In this document: in pieces, positions 37,148-47,700 of the stretch
Position numbering within the stretch: the stretch's first letter is position 1
How the letters are laid out: each line of letters begins with the position of its first letter
NCBI GenBank assembly: GCA_052272595.1
Contig: DAVZJV010000001.1
Location: forward strand, 1,616 to 65,615
Source: Alloprevotella sp.
GTDB lineage: Bacteria > Bacteroidota > Bacteroidia > Bacteroidales > Bacteroidaceae
Reading direction: 5' to 3'
Length of the DNA stretch: 64,000 nucleotides
The notes under the pieces: model-generated
What the model was told of the DNA's origin: nothing
What the model saw: the letters and a program-made list of their open reading frames with translations, nothing else
Database searches by the model: none
Program-made: the position numbers and the translations under genes

Positions 37148-38926
37148 TTAGTGTGATGCAAAGCGCTCGCGATTAGCATCGAGCGCAGTAGCGACGATTT
37201 GCTCTACCGTGAGTCCGCAAGCCTCGAGATAGGCAGCCGGATCATAGCGGTCGACAAACTCCTTCTGGCCGCCTAGGCAGCAGACGCGCACATCCGTATT
37301 GCCGTAATAGCGGGCGATGGTCTCGCCGAAGCCCCCCTCTGCCTGACCGTCTTCGAGCGTGATGACGAGGCGGTGGTCGTCCTTGAGACTGTCAAGCGTA
37401 GCGGTGTCAAGGGCCGAAAGCACGCGGGGATTGATGAGCGTAGCATCAATGCCCTTATCCGCAAGTTCGCTTACGGCAGCTGCGGCAAGACCATAGAAGG
37501 TGCCGGCGCCGATAAGCGCTACTTGCGAGCCGCGATGGGTTACGTCATAAGAGATCTTGCCGCTGTAGTCGTCGAGTGGCGTGGCATCGTTGGTAGCATC
37601 AATGCCTACGGCCGGCACGCGGATCACCACGGGATGTTCCTTATGGGGGATTGACCAGCGGAGCATCGCAACATATTCTTCTTTAGAAGTCGGCGCCAGA
37701 TAGATAAGGTTGGGGATATGGCTCAACAGCACAATGTCGAAATGCCCCAGATGGGTCACGTCGGTCAGCCCTGAAAGGCCACCGCCAAAGACCACGATCG
37801 TTGCCGGATTGTCGTTGATAGAGAGATCTTGCGACAGCTGATCATACGCGCGTTGTATGAAAGAGCTATGCACGCCAAAGACAGGATGGCCGCCCCGCTT
37901 GGCGATGCCGCTGATCATAGCGACAGCCGTCTCCTCGGCAATGCCTACGTCGACGAATTGCTTGCGGGCCTTCTTTCGCATCTCGGGGGGCCAGCCCCAG
38001 ATGCCGGGCGTGCCTGCCGTCAAGGCGACTACACTGGGATCGGCCTTCATTTCTTCGAGCAAGAGACCGGCTGTCAGTTCCCCGAAACCCGGGCCGAAAC
38101 GATAGGCGGGCTTCGTTTCGCCCGTAGGCAGATCGAAGGGGAAGCCCCAGTGGAAGCGCTCCTTCTGTTCCTCGGCAAAGCGGTAGCCCTTGCCCTTGAG
38201 CGTGTTGATATGCACGACGACGGGGTGATCCGTCCCCTTTACCTTTTCAAAGGCTTCTATCAGTGCAAAGACATCATTACCCTTGTCGACATAAAGATAA
38301 TCGAGTCCCATGGCGCGGAATAGGTTACACTGCGCCGTACCCTTAGTCTCACGCAGCAGCTTGAGATTGTGGTAGAGACCGCCGTGGTTCTCTGCGATAG
38401 ACATCTGGTTATCATTGACGATAATGATCAGGTTCGTACCGAGCTCGGCAGCCATATCAAGTCCTTCGAGCGCTTCGCCGCCGCTGAGCGAACCGTCTCC
38501 GATCACTGCGATGACATTCTCATGCCCGCCCTTGAGGTCACGCCCCTTGGCCAGACCGCAAGCCAGGCTCACGCTCGTCGAGGTATGGCCGATGACAAAC
38601 TGGTCGTGTACGCTCTCTGAGGGCTCGGTATAGCCTGACACGTCATCATAATATGCCGCAGAGAGGAAGGCCTCGGCACGCCCCGTGAGCATCTTATGCA
38701 CATAGCTCTGGTGAGACACATCGAAGACGATACGGTCAACGGGCGAATCAAACACGCGGTGGAGCGCCACCGTGGCTTCAACCATGCCAAGGTTGGGCCC
38801 GATGTGTCCTCCGTGGTCAGAAAGTTTCTGTAGCAATGCGTGACGGCACTCGTCGGCCAGCACGGGAAGCTGTTCGGGAGCGAGCGCCTTTACGTCAGCG
38901 GGTGATTGGATGTGTTCGAGATACAT
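37148..38926 (-). CDS. dxs: 1-deoxy-D-xylulose-5-phosphate synthase-like thiamine-diphosphate enzyme
   Basis: Start at MYLEHIQSP (38926). Motifs GGHIGPNLG, DVSHQSYVHKMLTGR and the ThDP motif GDGSLSGGEALEGL...NDN, with transketolase-like Pyr and C-terminal domains. Confidence 0.7.
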   Translation of the reverse strand: MYLEHIQSPADVKALAPEQLPVLADECRHALLQKLSDHGGHIGPNLGMVEATVALHRVFDSPVDRIVFDVSHQSYVHKMLTGRAEAFLSAAYYDDVSGYTEPSESVHDQFVIGHTSTSVSLACGLAKGRDLKGGHENVIAVIGDGSLSGGEALEGLDMAAELGTNLIIIVNDNQMSIAENHGGLYHNLKLLRETKGTAQCNLFRAMGLDYLYVDKGNDVFALIEAFEKVKGTDHPVVVHINTLKGKGYRFAEEQKERFHWGFPFDLPTGETKPAYRFGPGFGELTAGLLLEEMKADPSVVALTAGTPGIWGWPPEMRKKARKQFVDVGIAEETAVAMISGIAKRGGHPVFGVHSSFIQRAYDQLSQDLSINDNPATIVVFGGGLSGLTDVTHLGHFDIVLLSHIPNLIYLAPTSKEEYVAMLRWSIPHKEHPVVIRVPAVGIDATNDATPLDDYSGKISYDVTHRGSQVALIGAGTFYGLAAAAVSELADKGIDATLINPRVLSALDTATLDSLKDDHRLVITLEDGQAEGGFGETIARYYGNTDVRVCCLGGQKEFVDRYDPAAYLEACGLTVEQIVATALDANRERFASH

Positions 38927-39026
38927 AGATATAGAGGTATAGTTGTTTGTTTCTTTCGCCACGCCCTCACCCTCCCGTCTGTATGATCGCATGAGGCATT
39001 TGGGCGTGAACCCTTGTTTGACGATG

Positions 39027-39034
39027 CAAAAGTA
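39027..39034 (-). promoter_or_regulatory. candidate -7 box (TACTTTTG on the minus strand) for the dxs-like gene
   Basis: The reverse complement of CAAAAGTA matches TAnnTTTG about 100 nt upstream of the ATG at 38926. Confidence 0.3.
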
Positions 39035-39191
39035 GAGTGGGCTCATGACAATGCCGTTACCCTAATTACGGATTTAGCTACCACGCTCACCTGTATGTAG
39101 CCCCGTAGTGTTAGCCGGGAGTGGCTCGGAAAAATACATTACACCGCTTGAACCACGAAGCACAATGGGGTGTTACTCTAGGATATCTTCC

Positions 39192-39199
39192 TAAATTTG
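39192..39199 (+). promoter_or_regulatory. candidate -7 box (TAAATTTG) for pyrF
   Basis: TAnnTTTG match 33 nt upstream of the ATG at 39232. Confidence 0.4.
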
Positions 39200-39231
39200 C
39201 AGGGAAAAATAATTCTCAACGATTATACCCT

Positions 39232-40056
39232 ATGAACAAGCAAGCCCTCATCGATCAAATCCGGAAGAAGCGGAGTTTCCTCTGCGTAGGCCTCGATACA
39301 GACCTCAAGAAAGTACCGGCTCACTTGCTGGAGCAGGACGATCCGATCTTTGCCTTCAACCGTGCCATCATCGATGCCACAGCCCCCTATTGCGTAGCCT
39401 ATAAGCCCAATCTCGCCTTCTATGAAGCCTATGGCGTAAAAGGTTGGGAGGCTTTCGAACGCACGGTCAAGTATATCCGCACCCATTACCCGGAGCAGTT
39501 TATCATCGCCGACGCCAAACGCGGTGATATCGGCAACACGTCGGCCCTCTACGCCCGTACCTTCTTCGAAGAGGTAGACCTAGACGCCCTCACCGTAGCA
39601 CCCTATATGGGCGAAGACAGCGTCAAACCTTTTTTGGGTTATGAAGGCAAGTGGGTCATACTCCTCGCACTGACGAGCAACAAGGGATCGCACGACTTTC
39701 AGCTCACGACCGATAGCAACGGCGAACGACTCTTTGAGCGCGTATTGCGCGTTTCGCAGAATTGGGCAGGCGATGAGCAGATGATGTACGTCGTAGGCGC
39801 CACGCAGGGCAGTCTCTTTGCCGACATCCGCAAGATCGTGCCTCACCACTTCCTGCTTGTTCCCGGAGTCGGTGCACAGGGCGGATCGCTCGCCGAGGTA
39901 TGTAAGTATGGCATGACCGATGCCTGCGAACTCCTCGTCAACTCATCACGCGGCATCATCTACGCAGACTCGACGCCCGACTTCGCCCGCGTGGCCGGCG
40001 AGAAGGCCAAAGCCCTACAGGAAGAGATGGCGGAAGAGCTGAAGCGCATCTTCTAG
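39232..40056 (+). CDS. pyrF: orotidine 5'-phosphate decarboxylase (type 2)
   Basis: Start at [24 protein letters not shown]. Contains the [12 protein letters not shown] motif. Confidence 0.9.
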   Translation: MNKQALIDQIRKKRSFLCVGLDTDLKKVPAHLLEQDDPIFAFNRAIIDATAPYCVAYKPNLAFYEAYGVKGWEAFERTVKYIRTHYPEQFIIADAKRGDIGNTSALYARTFFEEVDLDALTVAPYMGEDSVKPFLGYEGKWVILLALTSNKGSHDFQLTTDSNGERLFERVLRVSQNWAGDEQMMYVVGATQGSLFADIRKIVPHHFLLVPGVGAQGGSLAEVCKYGMTDACELLVNSSRGIIYADSTPDFARVAGEKAKALQEEMAEELKRIF

Positions 40057-40115
40057 TCTGTACACGTTTTGCCCTGATCCTCCCAACTTATGAAAGGGGG
40101 ATAACGCCAGATCTT

Positions 40116-40146
40116 ATGGTGCGGTCGATAGATCGCACCATTTTTA
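40116..40146 (+). terminator. intrinsic terminator of pyrF
   Basis: ATGGTGCG pairs with CGCACCAT, followed by TTTTTAT. Confidence 0.75.
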
Positions 40147-40373
40147 TACCATCAGGATAGAGAAACGAGTGTTGTAGGGAAGCTCAGTGCATAGCATAGA
40201 GCAACGTCCTTCCTGTTGGCTAAGGAAGTTTGCCCGTGTCGGGGCCTCGCGCTGATGATGAACGGCAATGCAGCGACTGGACGAGAGCTATAATTGATTC
40301 TTATTTTGTCTCCTTCTTGCTGATCAATAGGCAAAAGCCCCCCCGTTCCTTTCACCCTTTGCCCCTCAAGCGC

Positions 40374-40381
40374 TAACTTTG
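40374..40381 (+). promoter_or_regulatory. candidate -7 box (TAACTTTG)
   Basis: TAnnTTTG match 22 nt upstream of the ATG at 40403. It overlaps the ORF-track TTG start at 40379, which argues against that start. Confidence 0.4.
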
Positions 40382-40402
40382 CGGAGAATAACCCCCTCGC
40401 CC

Positions 40403-42472
40403 ATGATGTCCAAAGCCAACTTTGCTGCCTTTTGCCTCCTGCTCACGGCTCTGCTGCTCGCGGGCTGCGCCGGGGCCGAAAAGCTCGTCAAGCGCGGCGA
40501 TGCGGCAATGGCGCTTGGAGAATATGCCGAAGGAGCTGCACAATACCGGCGTGCCTACACAAAGATTTCGCCTAAGGATAAGGCCTTCCGTTCCCGCGTA
40601 GCGGGGAAAATGGGAGATGCCTATCGTCGCTACGGTAACGTGGCGCGGGCGCTCGGCGCCTACCAGAATGCCCTGCGTTACGGGGCGGCCGACAGCACAA
40701 CGCTCTTAGCGCTCGGCGACCTGCAAATGATGCAAGGACAGTATCGTGAGGCCGGCCGCTCCTATACGCAGGCGCTTGATAGCATGCCCACACTGCAACG
40801 TGCAAGAACACGCCTCAATGACAGCCAACAAGCACCCGGACTCAAACAGGCGGGATCAGCCTATCGTGTCAAAGCTGCCTCCCTATTCAACGGAACACGT
40901 TCAGACTACAGCCCGGCCTACATGGGGCCGGAAGCGAAGGAACTTTACTTCACAACCACCCGCCAGAAAGTGACCGGCGATATCAGCGCCATCACAGCGA
41001 TGAAAAACGGTGATATTTACTTCGCAAAACAAGACGAAAAAGGCCGTTGGAAGGCTCCCGAACCAGTAGACGGCGTCAATACGTCGGAAGACGAAGGGGC
41101 ATGCAGCTTCTCGCCCGATGGCCGCACGATGTACCTGACTGTCTGCCGCACAGACCCGTCCTATCCGCGCATGGCGGAAATATGGACCTCGCAGCGTACG
41201 GACGCCAAATGGGCTAAGCCCACACAGCTGAAGATCACGGCAGACACGCTATCTTCATATGCCCATCCGGCCGTATCGCCTGACGGACACTGGCTCTACT
41301 TCACCTCCGACATGCCGGGGGGCTACGGCGGCTACGACCTCTGGCGGGCCGAGATCAGCGGCGGGCATGGCGTGGGACGCATCGAGAACCTAGGGCCATC
41401 GGTCAATACGGTAGGAAACGAGGAGTTTCCGGCCTTTCGACCCAACGGCGAACTCTACTTCTCCTCAGACGGCCGCGAGCCGTCGATGGGCGGACTCGAC
41501 CTTTATCGCGCTGTTGAAGACACGATAACGCACCATTGGACGGTGCACCATCTGCCGGCGCCGATGAACTCAAACGGCGATGACTTCGGCATCACCTTCG
41601 AGGGACTCCACAACCGCGGCTACTTCTCCTCGACCCGCTCGACAGGCGGAAGGGGCTGGGACAAGCTCTTCGAGTTTAGCTACCCCGAAGTACTCCAGAC
41701 GGTCAAGGGATGGGTCTATGAACGTGACGGCTACGAACTGCCCCAAGCCGTCGTCTACATGGTAGGCAGCGACGGGACGAACGAGCGTCTGGGCGTGCTC
41801 TCCGACGGTTCTTTCGAACGACCCCTCAAACCCGGCGTAAGCTATCTATTACTGGCCACCTGTAAGGGCTATCTCAACGTGCGCGGCGAATTGCGGGCCG
41901 ATACTACCGAAACGGAACGGCAGTTCGTCATGCAGTTTCCCTTGCCCTCCATCACCCTGCCCGTCTTGGTGCGCAATGTCTTCTACGAGTTTGACAAAGC
42001 CGATCTTACGGCCAATTCCGAGGAGGCCCTTAATCGGCTGACCGCCATGCTTGAGGACAACCCCAACGTGACGATCGAACTAAGCGCCCACTGCGACTAC
42101 CGCGGGGGCAACGAATATAACCTAAGGCTCTCGCAACGCCGCGCAGAAAGCGTAGTGAAATACCTCATCTCGAAAGGTATTGCCCCCGACCGCCTCGTGG
42201 CCAAGGGTTACGGCAAGTTGCAACCCAAGATAGTCAACAAAAAGCTGACCGAGACTTATCCTTTCCTGCACGAAGGCGATACGCTCACAACAGCCTACAT
42301 CCTCAAGTTGCCGAAAGAGCAGCAGGAAGTCTGCAACGCACTCAACCGCCGCACGGAGTTCCGCGTATTGCGCACAACCTACGGACTCTTCGACGAAAAC
42401 GGCAACCTCAAGCCCGAAGCCCTACGCCGGCGAAGCGGACTGAGCGGCCCAGGCGAAGCTACGGTAGAATAA
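40403..42472 (+). CDS. OmpA-family lipoprotein with TPR-like, PD40/TolB-like beta-propeller and OmpA C-terminal domains
   Basis: Lipobox LLLAGC. TPR-like N-terminus. Repeated SPDG..LYFTS-type PD40 motifs. C-terminal peptidoglycan-binding OmpA-like domain (NLRLSQRRAESV, NRRTEFRV). Confidence 0.85.
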   Translation: MMSKANFAAFCLLLTALLLAGCAGAEKLVKRGDAAMALGEYAEGAAQYRRAYTKISPKDKAFRSRVAGKMGDAYRRYGNVARALGAYQNALRYGAADSTTLLALGDLQMMQGQYREAGRSYTQALDSMPTLQRARTRLNDSQQAPGLKQAGSAYRVKAASLFNGTRSDYSPAYMGPEAKELYFTTTRQKVTGDISAITAMKNGDIYFAKQDEKGRWKAPEPVDGVNTSEDEGACSFSPDGRTMYLTVCRTDPSYPRMAEIWTSQRTDAKWAKPTQLKITADTLSSYAHPAVSPDGHWLYFTSDMPGGYGGYDLWRAEISGGHGVGRIENLGPSVNTVGNEEFPAFRPNGELYFSSDGREPSMGGLDLYRAVEDTITHHWTVHHLPAPMNSNGDDFGITFEGLHNRGYFSSTRSTGGRGWDKLFEFSYPEVLQTVKGWVYERDGYELPQAVVYMVGSDGTNERLGVLSDGSFERPLKPGVSYLLLATCKGYLNVRGELRADTTETERQFVMQFPLPSITLPVLVRNVFYEFDKADLTANSEEALNRLTAMLEDNPNVTIELSAHCDYRGGNEYNLRLSQRRAESVVKYLISKGIAPDRLVAKGYGKLQPKIVNKKLTETYPFLHEGDTLTTAYILKLPKEQQEVCNALNRRTEFRVLRTTYGLFDENGNLKPEALRRRSGLSGPGEATVE

Positions 42473-42522
42473 AGGCTCATGCCGACGCCGAAAAAGCGAT
42501 TTTAACCCCACCACACTTAACC

Positions 42523-43269
42523 ATGCTCATCCTAAAGTTTCTCCATGCCTTCGGACGTTACCTCATCCTGATGGGACGTACTTTCTCACGGCCCGAACGT
42601 ATGCGCATGTTCTTCAAACAATATGTCAAGGAGATGGCTCAACTCGGCGTCGACTCCATCGGCATCGTCCTGCTTATCTCATTCTTTATCGGTGCGGTCA
42701 TCTGCATTCAGATCAAGCTCAACATCCAAAGCGCTTGGATGCCCCATTGGGTCTCAGGCTACGTCACGCGAGAGATCATGTTGCTTGAGTTTTCATCAAG
42801 TATCATGTGCCTAATCCTTTCAGGTAAAGTCGGATCAAACATTGCCTCCGAACTGGGCACGATGCGTACGACGCAGCAGATCGACGCCCTCGAGATTATG
42901 GGGGTGAACCCCGCCTCTTACCTGATCCTCCCGAAGATTGCCGGACTCATCACCTTGATGCCCTTCTTGGTTATCTTCAGCACGTTCAGCGGAATCATCG
43001 GCGCCTATGCCACAGCCTATATCGGCCACATCATCACCCCCGCCGACCTGACGGCTGGTCTGCAGCACGACTTCACGCAATGGTTCTTTTGGATGGGTGT
43101 GATCAAGTCGCTTTTCTTCGCCTTCATCATCACCAGCGTATCGTCATATTACGGCTACACAGTCGAGGGCGGCAGCATCGAAGTGGGCAAGGCCAGCACG
43201 GGAGCCGTCGTGTCGTGCTCCATGCTCATCTTATTCTCAGACCTGTTCTTAACCCAGTTGCTCTCATGA
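42523..43269 (+). CDS. mlaE: MlaE-family ABC transporter permease
   Basis: 248 aa, polytopic. The QQIDALEIMGVNP motif is typical of MlaE/Ttg2B permeases. Confidence 0.85.
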   Translation: MLILKFLHAFGRYLILMGRTFSRPERMRMFFKQYVKEMAQLGVDSIGIVLLISFFIGAVICIQIKLNIQSAWMPHWVSGYVTREIMLLEFSSSIMCLILSGKVGSNIASELGTMRTTQQIDALEIMGVNPASYLILPKIAGLITLMPFLVIFSTFSGIIGAYATAYIGHIITPADLTAGLQHDFTQWFFWMGVIKSLFFAFIITSVSSYYGYTVEGGSIEVGKASTGAVVSCSMLILFSDLFLTQLLS

Positions 43270-44030
43270 TAGAGGTTATCGATCTCCACAAGTCCTTTGA
43301 CGGCCGCGAGGTGCTCAAAGGCATCACGTCACGCTTCGAAAGCGGTAAGACCAACCTGATCATCGGTCAGAGCGGATCTGGCAAGACCGTACTGCTCAAA
43401 AACATCGTTGGCCTCTTCACCCCCACCTCGGGCGATGTGCGTTACGACGGGCGCAGCCTCATTGCCATGAGCAAGCGCGAACGCTCCCTGCTGCGGCGCG
43501 AGATGGGCATGATCTTCCAGAGTGCCGCTCTATTCGATTCGATTAGCGTCTTAGAGAACGTCATGTTTCCCCTCGATATGTTTTCATCCGACAGCTACAA
43601 AGACCGTATGCGTCGTGCGCAGTGGTGTCTCGACCGCGTAGACCTGTCTGATGCCGGAAGCAAATATCCCGGCGAGATCTCCGGCGGCATGCAGAAACGT
43701 GTAGCCATCGCCCGCGCCATTGCTCTGGAACCTAAGTATCTCTTCTGCGATGAGCCCAACTCGGGCCTTGACCCAAAGACATCGCTCGTCATCGACGGAT
43801 TGATCCATGATATCACGGTAGAGACGGGGGCTACGACAATTATCAACACCCACGACATGAACTCAGTCATGGGCATTGGTGAGCACATACTCTTCATCTA
43901 CCAAGGCCGCGATGAATGGGAAGGGACAAAGGACGACGTTATGACGTCAGACAACGAGCGCCTCAACAGCTTCATCTTTGCCTCAGACCTCTTCCGTAAG
44001 GTCAAGGAGGCACAACTTGAAGAAACGTAG
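43266..44030 (+). CDS. mlaF: MlaF-like ABC transporter ATP-binding protein
   Basis: Start at the ATG at 43266, overlapping the mlaE stop (ATGA). Walker A GQSGSGKT, signature ISGGMQKR and Walker B LFCDEP. Confidence 0.88.
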   Translation: MIEVIDLHKSFDGREVLKGITSRFESGKTNLIIGQSGSGKTVLLKNIVGLFTPTSGDVRYDGRSLIAMSKRERSLLRREMGMIFQSAALFDSISVLENVMFPLDMFSSDSYKDRMRRAQWCLDRVDLSDAGSKYPGEISGGMQKRVAIARAIALEPKYLFCDEPNSGLDPKTSLVIDGLIHDITVETGATTIINTHDMNSVMGIGEHILFIYQGRDEWEGTKDDVMTSDNERLNSFIFASDLFRKVKEAQLEET

Positions 44031-44097
44031 TAGAAAGGATGCAAGAGGGCAGGCAATACAATAATCGCAGGGAAAATTACGTTACTAAGACATTGAC

Positions 44098-44700
44098 ATG
44101 ATCGAATACGTCAGAGGTAAGCTGGCCGAACTTCAGCCCGCCAAGGCTGTGGTAGAAACTGGCGGCGTGGGCTACGGCCTGAGCATTTCACTGAGCACCT
44201 ATACCGCGCTACAGGGCCGGAGCGAAGTGAGACTATGGGTCTACGAAGTAATCCGCGAAGACGCCTACCTGCTCTTCGGCTTCGCTACTGACAAGGAGCG
44301 TGCACTCTTTGCCAAACTACTCAGTGTCTCGGGCATCGGAAGTGCTACGGCGCTGATGGCCCTCTCAGCCTTCAGTCCAGCCGAACTGGCCGGCATCGTC
44401 GAAAGTGAAGACGTGCGGGCGCTCAAGCAAGTCAAGGGGATCGGCCCGAAAGCAGCACAGCGCATCATCGTCGACCTCAAAGGAAAGCTCGAAGGTTTCT
44501 TGGGCGTCGACACATCACAGGCCGGTGCTGGCAGCAACAAGGGGGTGGTCATCACCCCACTCGTCGAAGAGGCCGTGCAAGCTCTTACCACACTGGGCTT
44601 CCCCCCGGCTATTGCCCAGAAAACGGTCATCGAAATCATCCGTCAAGCGCCTGACAGCACCGTTCAGCAGGTGATCAAGCAAGCGCTCAAAATGCTTTAG
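44098..44700 (+). CDS. ruvA: Holliday junction branch migration complex subunit RuvA
   Basis: MIEYVRGKL N-terminus, paired HhH motifs (VSGIGSATA, VKGIGPKAA) and a C-terminal domain III. Confidence 0.93.
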   Translation: MIEYVRGKLAELQPAKAVVETGGVGYGLSISLSTYTALQGRSEVRLWVYEVIREDAYLLFGFATDKERALFAKLLSVSGIGSATALMALSAFSPAELAGIVESEDVRALKQVKGIGPKAAQRIIVDLKGKLEGFLGVDTSQAGAGSNKGVVITPLVEEAVQALTTLGFPPAIAQKTVIEIIRQAPDSTVQQVIKQALKML

Positions 44701-44710
44701 CTTCCAGGGA

Positions 44711-47700
44711 TTGAATAAGCGATACGTAAAGACTTTTATAAGCTGTCTGCTGACGACCCTCATCGGGGTAGTCACCTATGCCAGCGGGAGCGGTAAGCCC
44801 TGGGCTTTAACCGTTCCCGCCGCATTGCGTCATACCTTTACGCCAGAAACAGAGGCAGCGCCCAGCACAGCCAACGACATGCACAAGGTGGCTGTGACCA
44901 CACTTCCCCCTGACACGCTCCCCGCCGTAAAGCCTACGGTCATCACCACACTGGCAGATACGGCCCATGGCACCGTCGACCTCAAAGACCCGGACAACCT
45001 CAAGACCGAAGCGGAGTATGACGACAAGGACGGCAGCTACTACTATGGCACAAAGCTCGGCGACCAATGGCTCGGCACACCCTTCACCTTCTCATGGAAG
45101 GAATACCAGCAGATGGAGGAACGCAAGGCCCGCGCGGCCTACTACCGTGCCAAGAATGCCGCAGACTACAAGGCAAAGGGCAAGGAGAAGTTTGACTTCA
45201 CCGATATGCACTTCGACCTCGGTCCGCTCAACAAGGTTTTCGGCCCCGGCGGCGTGCGCATCAAGACGCAAGGTTCGGCCGAACTGAAGATCGGAGCAAA
45301 TACGCGCTTTACGGATAATCCCTCCCTCTCGGAGCGTAACCGCAAGGTCTTCGGCTTCGACTTCGATGAGAAGATCAATCTGAGCCTCAACGGCAAAGTC
45401 GGCGACAAGGTCAACATGGACTTCAACTACAACTCCGAGGCGACCTTTGACTTCGACACCCAAAATCTTAAACTCCGCTATGAGGGCAAGGAGGATGAGA
45501 TCATCAAACTCGTCGAGGTGGGTAATATCAGCATGCCCACCCGCTCGTCGCTCGTGCGCGGCGCCACCTCGCTCTTCGGCGTAAGGACCGACATGCAGTT
45601 TGGCAAACTCAAACTTTCCACCGTCCTCTCCCAAAAGAAAAGCGCCTCGTCGAGCGTAAAATCGGAGGGCGGCGTGCAGCTGACCAATTACGAGTTTTCT
45701 GCCGATGCTTACGATGAAAACCGCCACTTCTTCCTCTCCCACTACTTCCGCGACCGCTACGACGACAACATGCGCCAACTCCCGACCATCGCTTCGGGCA
45801 TAACGATCAACAAGATCGAGGTGTGGATTACCAACAAGACAGGTGCCACTACCGACACGCGCAACATTGTCGGCCTTACCGACCTGGGCGAATATAGCCA
45901 CATCAGCAACAGCCATTGGACCCCGCTGAGTGACGAGCAGCCTTCCAACGCCTCTAACACCCTCTACGCCGCGCTCTCGGCCAATGCCGCCGGGCGCGAC
46001 ATTTCCAGCGTCAGTCCCACCTTGGAGGGCATGGACATGACTGGCGGCGTTGACTTTGAGAAACTTGAGTCGGCCCGCAAGCTCAACTCGTCGGAATATA
46101 CCCTCAATGCCTCCCTTGGCTATATCTCGCTCAAGCAGACACTGCAGACCGACCAGGTATTGGCAGTCGCATATCAATATACCTACCGCGGTCAGACGTA
46201 TCAAGTGGGCGAGTTTTCCTCTGACCGCAAGGACAACAAGGAGGTGCTCTACGTCAAGACGCTTAAGAACACAGCCTGCACGCCCCAGATGGGCAACTGG
46301 GACTTGATGATGAAGAACGTCTACTCCCTCGGCGCCACTTCGGTGCAGAAGGACAAGTTTAAGTTGGAGATCAAATATCTCTCCGACACCACGGGCGTCT
46401 ACCTCAGCTACCTCCCCGAACCCGGAATCAAAAACAAGAAAATCCTTGCTCTCGTAGGACTTGACCGTCTCAACAACAACAACAAGGTCGGCTCCAACGG
46501 AGCTTTCGACTATGTAGAGGGCTATACGATCGATCCCTCTAGCGGCCGCGTATTCTTTCCCATGGTAGAGCCTTTCGGCAAGGGCCTTGCCAAGGCCATT
46601 GGCAGCAATGCGGTGGCGGAGAAGTACGTATTCCAAGAGCTTTACGACTCAACGCGCACAGTGGCCCGACAGATCGCCGAGCGTAACAAATTCATCATCA
46701 CCGGAGCCTATAAAGCCTCGCGCAACGACGAGATCCAGCTCGGTGCTATGAACGTGCCCCGCGGCTCCGTCGTTGTCACTGCCGGCGGACAGACGCTCAC
46801 CGAAGGGTCAGACTATACGGTAGATTACAACTCAGGTATCGTGCGCATCCTCAACAAGAGCATTCTCGATGCCGGTACCGCTGTCAACGTAAGCCTCGAG
46901 AGCAACACCGACTACGGCATGCAGCGCAAGACAATGTTCGGCTTGGGCTGGGAGTATGACTTCTCCAAGGACTTTCAGATCGGCGGTACGTTTATGCACC
47001 TGGGCGAGAAGCCGCTGACCACGAAGGTGGCTATGGGCCAGGAGCCGCTCAACAACACGCTCTGGGGCCTCGACATCTCTTGGAAGAAGCAGAGCCAGCG
47101 TCTCACCGACTGGCTTGACAAGCTCCCGCTGCTGAGTCTCTCCGCCCCGTCGTCGATCAACTTCTCGGCCGAGTTTGCCCAGCTCATTGCGGGCAAGAGC
47201 CAGGGGGCGCAGGGCAATGCCTCCTACATCGATGACTTTGAGAACTCCAAGAGCCTCATCGACATCTCCAACCCCAAGGAATGGCAGCTCTCCAGCACGC
47301 CCTCGATGTTTGCAGAGTCAAAGTTAAGCAACGATGTGCGCTATGGTTACAATCGCGCCCTACTGGCCTGGTATTACATCGACCCGCTCTTCACACGCCG
47401 TTCATCCAGCCTCACCCCCGGACACATCAAGGGCGACCTCAAACAGCTCTCAGACCCCGACGTGCGTGAGGTCTACAAAAGCGAGCTCTTCCCCAATAAG
47501 AGTGTCAATATGCAGGAGGCCAACACACTCAATGTGCTAAACTTGGCCTTTTACCCCAACGAACGTGGGCCCTACAACCTCGATCCGTCTCTCGACACGG
47601 ATGGTCATCTGCTCAACCCGACCAGCCGTTGGGGTGGCATGATGCGCAAACTTGAAACCTCTGACTTCGAGACAAGCAACATCGAGTATATCGAGTTCTG

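Noticed and set aside
40152-40355. 67-aa minus-strand ORF between pyrF and the OmpA-family gene
   Set aside because: It sits between a terminator and a promoter box in an intergenic gap, with no signal or motif, so it is likely spurious.
45092-46636. 514-aa minus-strand ORF inside sprA
   Set aside because: It is an antisense shadow ORF of the 2484-aa sprA frame, with the same compositional artefact and no recognisable domain.
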